The position numbers and the translations under genes are program-made. 64,000 nt of DNA. It comes from a virus. Of this stretch, positions 62,580-64,000 are shown one piece after another. Under the pieces are notes generated by a model. The model saw only the letters and a list, made by a program, of their open reading frames with translations, did no database searches and was not told where the DNA came from. The stretch is from IMG/VR virus record IMGVR_UViG_3300043015_000560, positions 1-64,000 of that record, one strand, 5' to 3'. Every line of letters starts with the position of its first letter. The stretch's first letter is position 1.

Positions 62580-63329
62580 ATGGCAACGAATTTTTACTTT
62601 CAGAATGGTGATACAAGCGGAACCACTAATGAACAAAGATTAGTAGAAGACCTTGTAATTGAATCATTAAAAATCTATGGGCACGATATTTACTATATGC
62701 CCAGAACACTTGTAAACAGAGACACTATCTTTGATGAGGATACCTTATCTCAGTTTACTCAATCATATCCATTAGAAATGTATTTGGAAAATGTAAACGG
62801 CTTTGACGGCGAAGGCGATCTGTTTACAAAGTTTGGTATTGAAATAAGAGACCAAGCTACATTTATAGTTTCTCAGAGACGCTGGGAAGAAACCACTTTA
62901 ACTAGTGGAGGAACATTTACTCTTAATGAGCGTCCTGCAGAAGGAGATCTTTTATATTTTCCAAAGACAGGTTCTATATTTGAAATTAAACTTGTAGAAT
63001 TTACTAACCCATTCTATCAAGTCGGTAAACTTTTTGTATATAGATTACAATGCGAATTGTTCCAGTACAGCTCAGAGGTATTGGATACAGGCACAGATGC
63101 CGATGAAATAGAAGACACTAATAGCTTGGATATGTTACAATATCAAATGTTGTTAGAAGACGGTGGACTTCTTAAGCAAGAAGTGGGTGGAGGATTAGTT
63201 CTAGAAGAATATCAAGCACAAAAAACAAATGTTAATACTGACAATACAGACTTTATTACTCAGAATGAAATTGAGTCTATCCTAGACTTCTCAGAAATTA
63301 ATCCATTCGGTGAGCTAGGAGGAAGTTAA
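62580..63329 (+). CDS. gp14: neck protein
   Basis: EQRLVEDLVIESLKIYG..YMPR, KFGIEIRD, RPAEGDLLYFP, PFYQVGK, DFSEINPFG. Confidence 0.95.
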   Translation: MATNFYFQNGDTSGTTNEQRLVEDLVIESLKIYGHDIYYMPRTLVNRDTIFDEDTLSQFTQSYPLEMYLENVNGFDGEGDLFTKFGIEIRDQATFIVSQRRWEETTLTSGGTFTLNERPAEGDLLYFPKTGSIFEIKLVEFTNPFYQVGKLFVYRLQCELFQYSSEVLDTGTDADEIEDTNSLDMLQYQMLLEDGGLLKQEVGGGLVLEEYQAQKTNVNTDNTDFITQNEIESILDFSEINPFGELGGS

Positions 63330-63332
63330 ATT

Positions 63333-64000
63333 ATGTTTAAAAATAAAACCTTTTATCACTCTCATATAAAGAAGGCTATTGTAGCTTTTGGTATGATATT
63401 TAATAATATTAATATTGAGAGGAAAGACAAAGACGGAACTGTATCGCAAGTTATTAGGGTTCCTTTGTCATATTCAACAAAACAAAAGTTCTTAGCTAGG
63501 ATCGCCGCTGTACCCGACATTACCGAATATCGAGATGTACAAATAACATTGCCTAGGATCGGGTTTGAAATTACTGGTTTACAGTATGACTCAGCTAGAA
63601 AAATTTCTCCTATACAAAGAAACCGAGCAGTGGGCGCAGGAGATGATACTAATACAGTAAGAACTACATTTATATCTACGCCATATAATATGGGCATTGC
63701 ATTATATGTCTTTGCTAAAAACCAAGAAGATGCTTTACAGGTTGTGGAACAGGTATTCCCGTTCTTCAATCCAGACTTTAATGTTACAATCAACGAGCTA
63801 CCAGAACTAGGAATCAAAAGAGATATTAAGATCACTTTAGACGGGGTAGATTATGATGACCAATATGAGGGAGACTTTACATCTAGACAAAGTATCATAT
63901 GGACATTAAACTTTACGATGCGTCTAAACTTCTATGGTTACGTTGCTAACGTGGGAGTTATTAAAGAATCAATTGCTAAACTATACACTGATATAGATTT
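63333..64000 (+). CDS. gp15: tail terminator / sheath stabiliser (3' truncated by window)
   Basis: Translated by hand from ATG 63333: FYHSHIKKAIVAFG..RVPLSY..KQKFLARI..TLPRIGFE..YDSARK..PYNM..QVVEQVFPFFNP. Confidence 0.92.
   Translation, partial: MFKNKTFYHSHIKKAIVAFGMIFNNINIERKDKDGTVSQVIRVPLSYSTKQKFLARIAAVPDITEYRDVQITLPRIGFEITGLQYDSARKISPIQRNRAVGAGDDTNTVRTTFISTPYNMGIALYVFAKNQEDALQVVEQVFPFFNPDFNVTINELPELGIKRDIKITLDGVDYDDQYEGDFTSRQSIIWTLNFTMRLNFYGYVANVGVIKESIAKLYTDID

Overview
A 64-kb segment of a large T4-like myovirus (AT-rich, probably an aquatic/marine phage). The host cannot be fixed from sequence alone; the permuted tmRNA and the chorismate mutase type hint at Alphaproteobacteria. Layout: (1) 1-12955: end of DNA ligase, then an accessory island of tailoring enzymes (methyltransferase, desaturase, two radical SAM proteins, three SGNH-like proteins, epimerase, two glycosyltransferase-like paralogs, carbamoyltransferase). 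(2) 12988-21164: PhoH, exonuclease, a circularly permuted two-piece tmRNA behind a T4 late promoter, cell wall hydrolase, gp33-gp59-gp32, tRNA-Arg(UCU), chorismate mutase. (3) 21161-27992, minus strand: tape measure-like gene, gp26 with a probable -1 frameshift extension, tail tube-like gene, gp2, gp4 and an adenylate-forming enzyme. (4) 28039-48834: baseplate genes (gp48, 53, hub, 5, 25, 6, 7, 8), a 2067-aa virion protein, and a fibre-tip protein whose YxGx repeat is mirror-symmetric. (5) 48902-56623: two convergent operons of glycosyltransferases, methyltransferases, an oxygenase and degenerate pseudo-enzymes, embedded among the fibre genes. (6) 56675-64000: modular fibre/adaptor genes, gp13, gp14 and partial gp15. 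Best candidates for new biology: the Tyr/Ser/Thr-rich hairpin needle with its adjacent putative virion-glycosylation cluster, the phage two-piece tmRNA, the gp26 frameshift and the motif-based fibre docking chain. All product calls come from motif recognition by eye, not from database searches.
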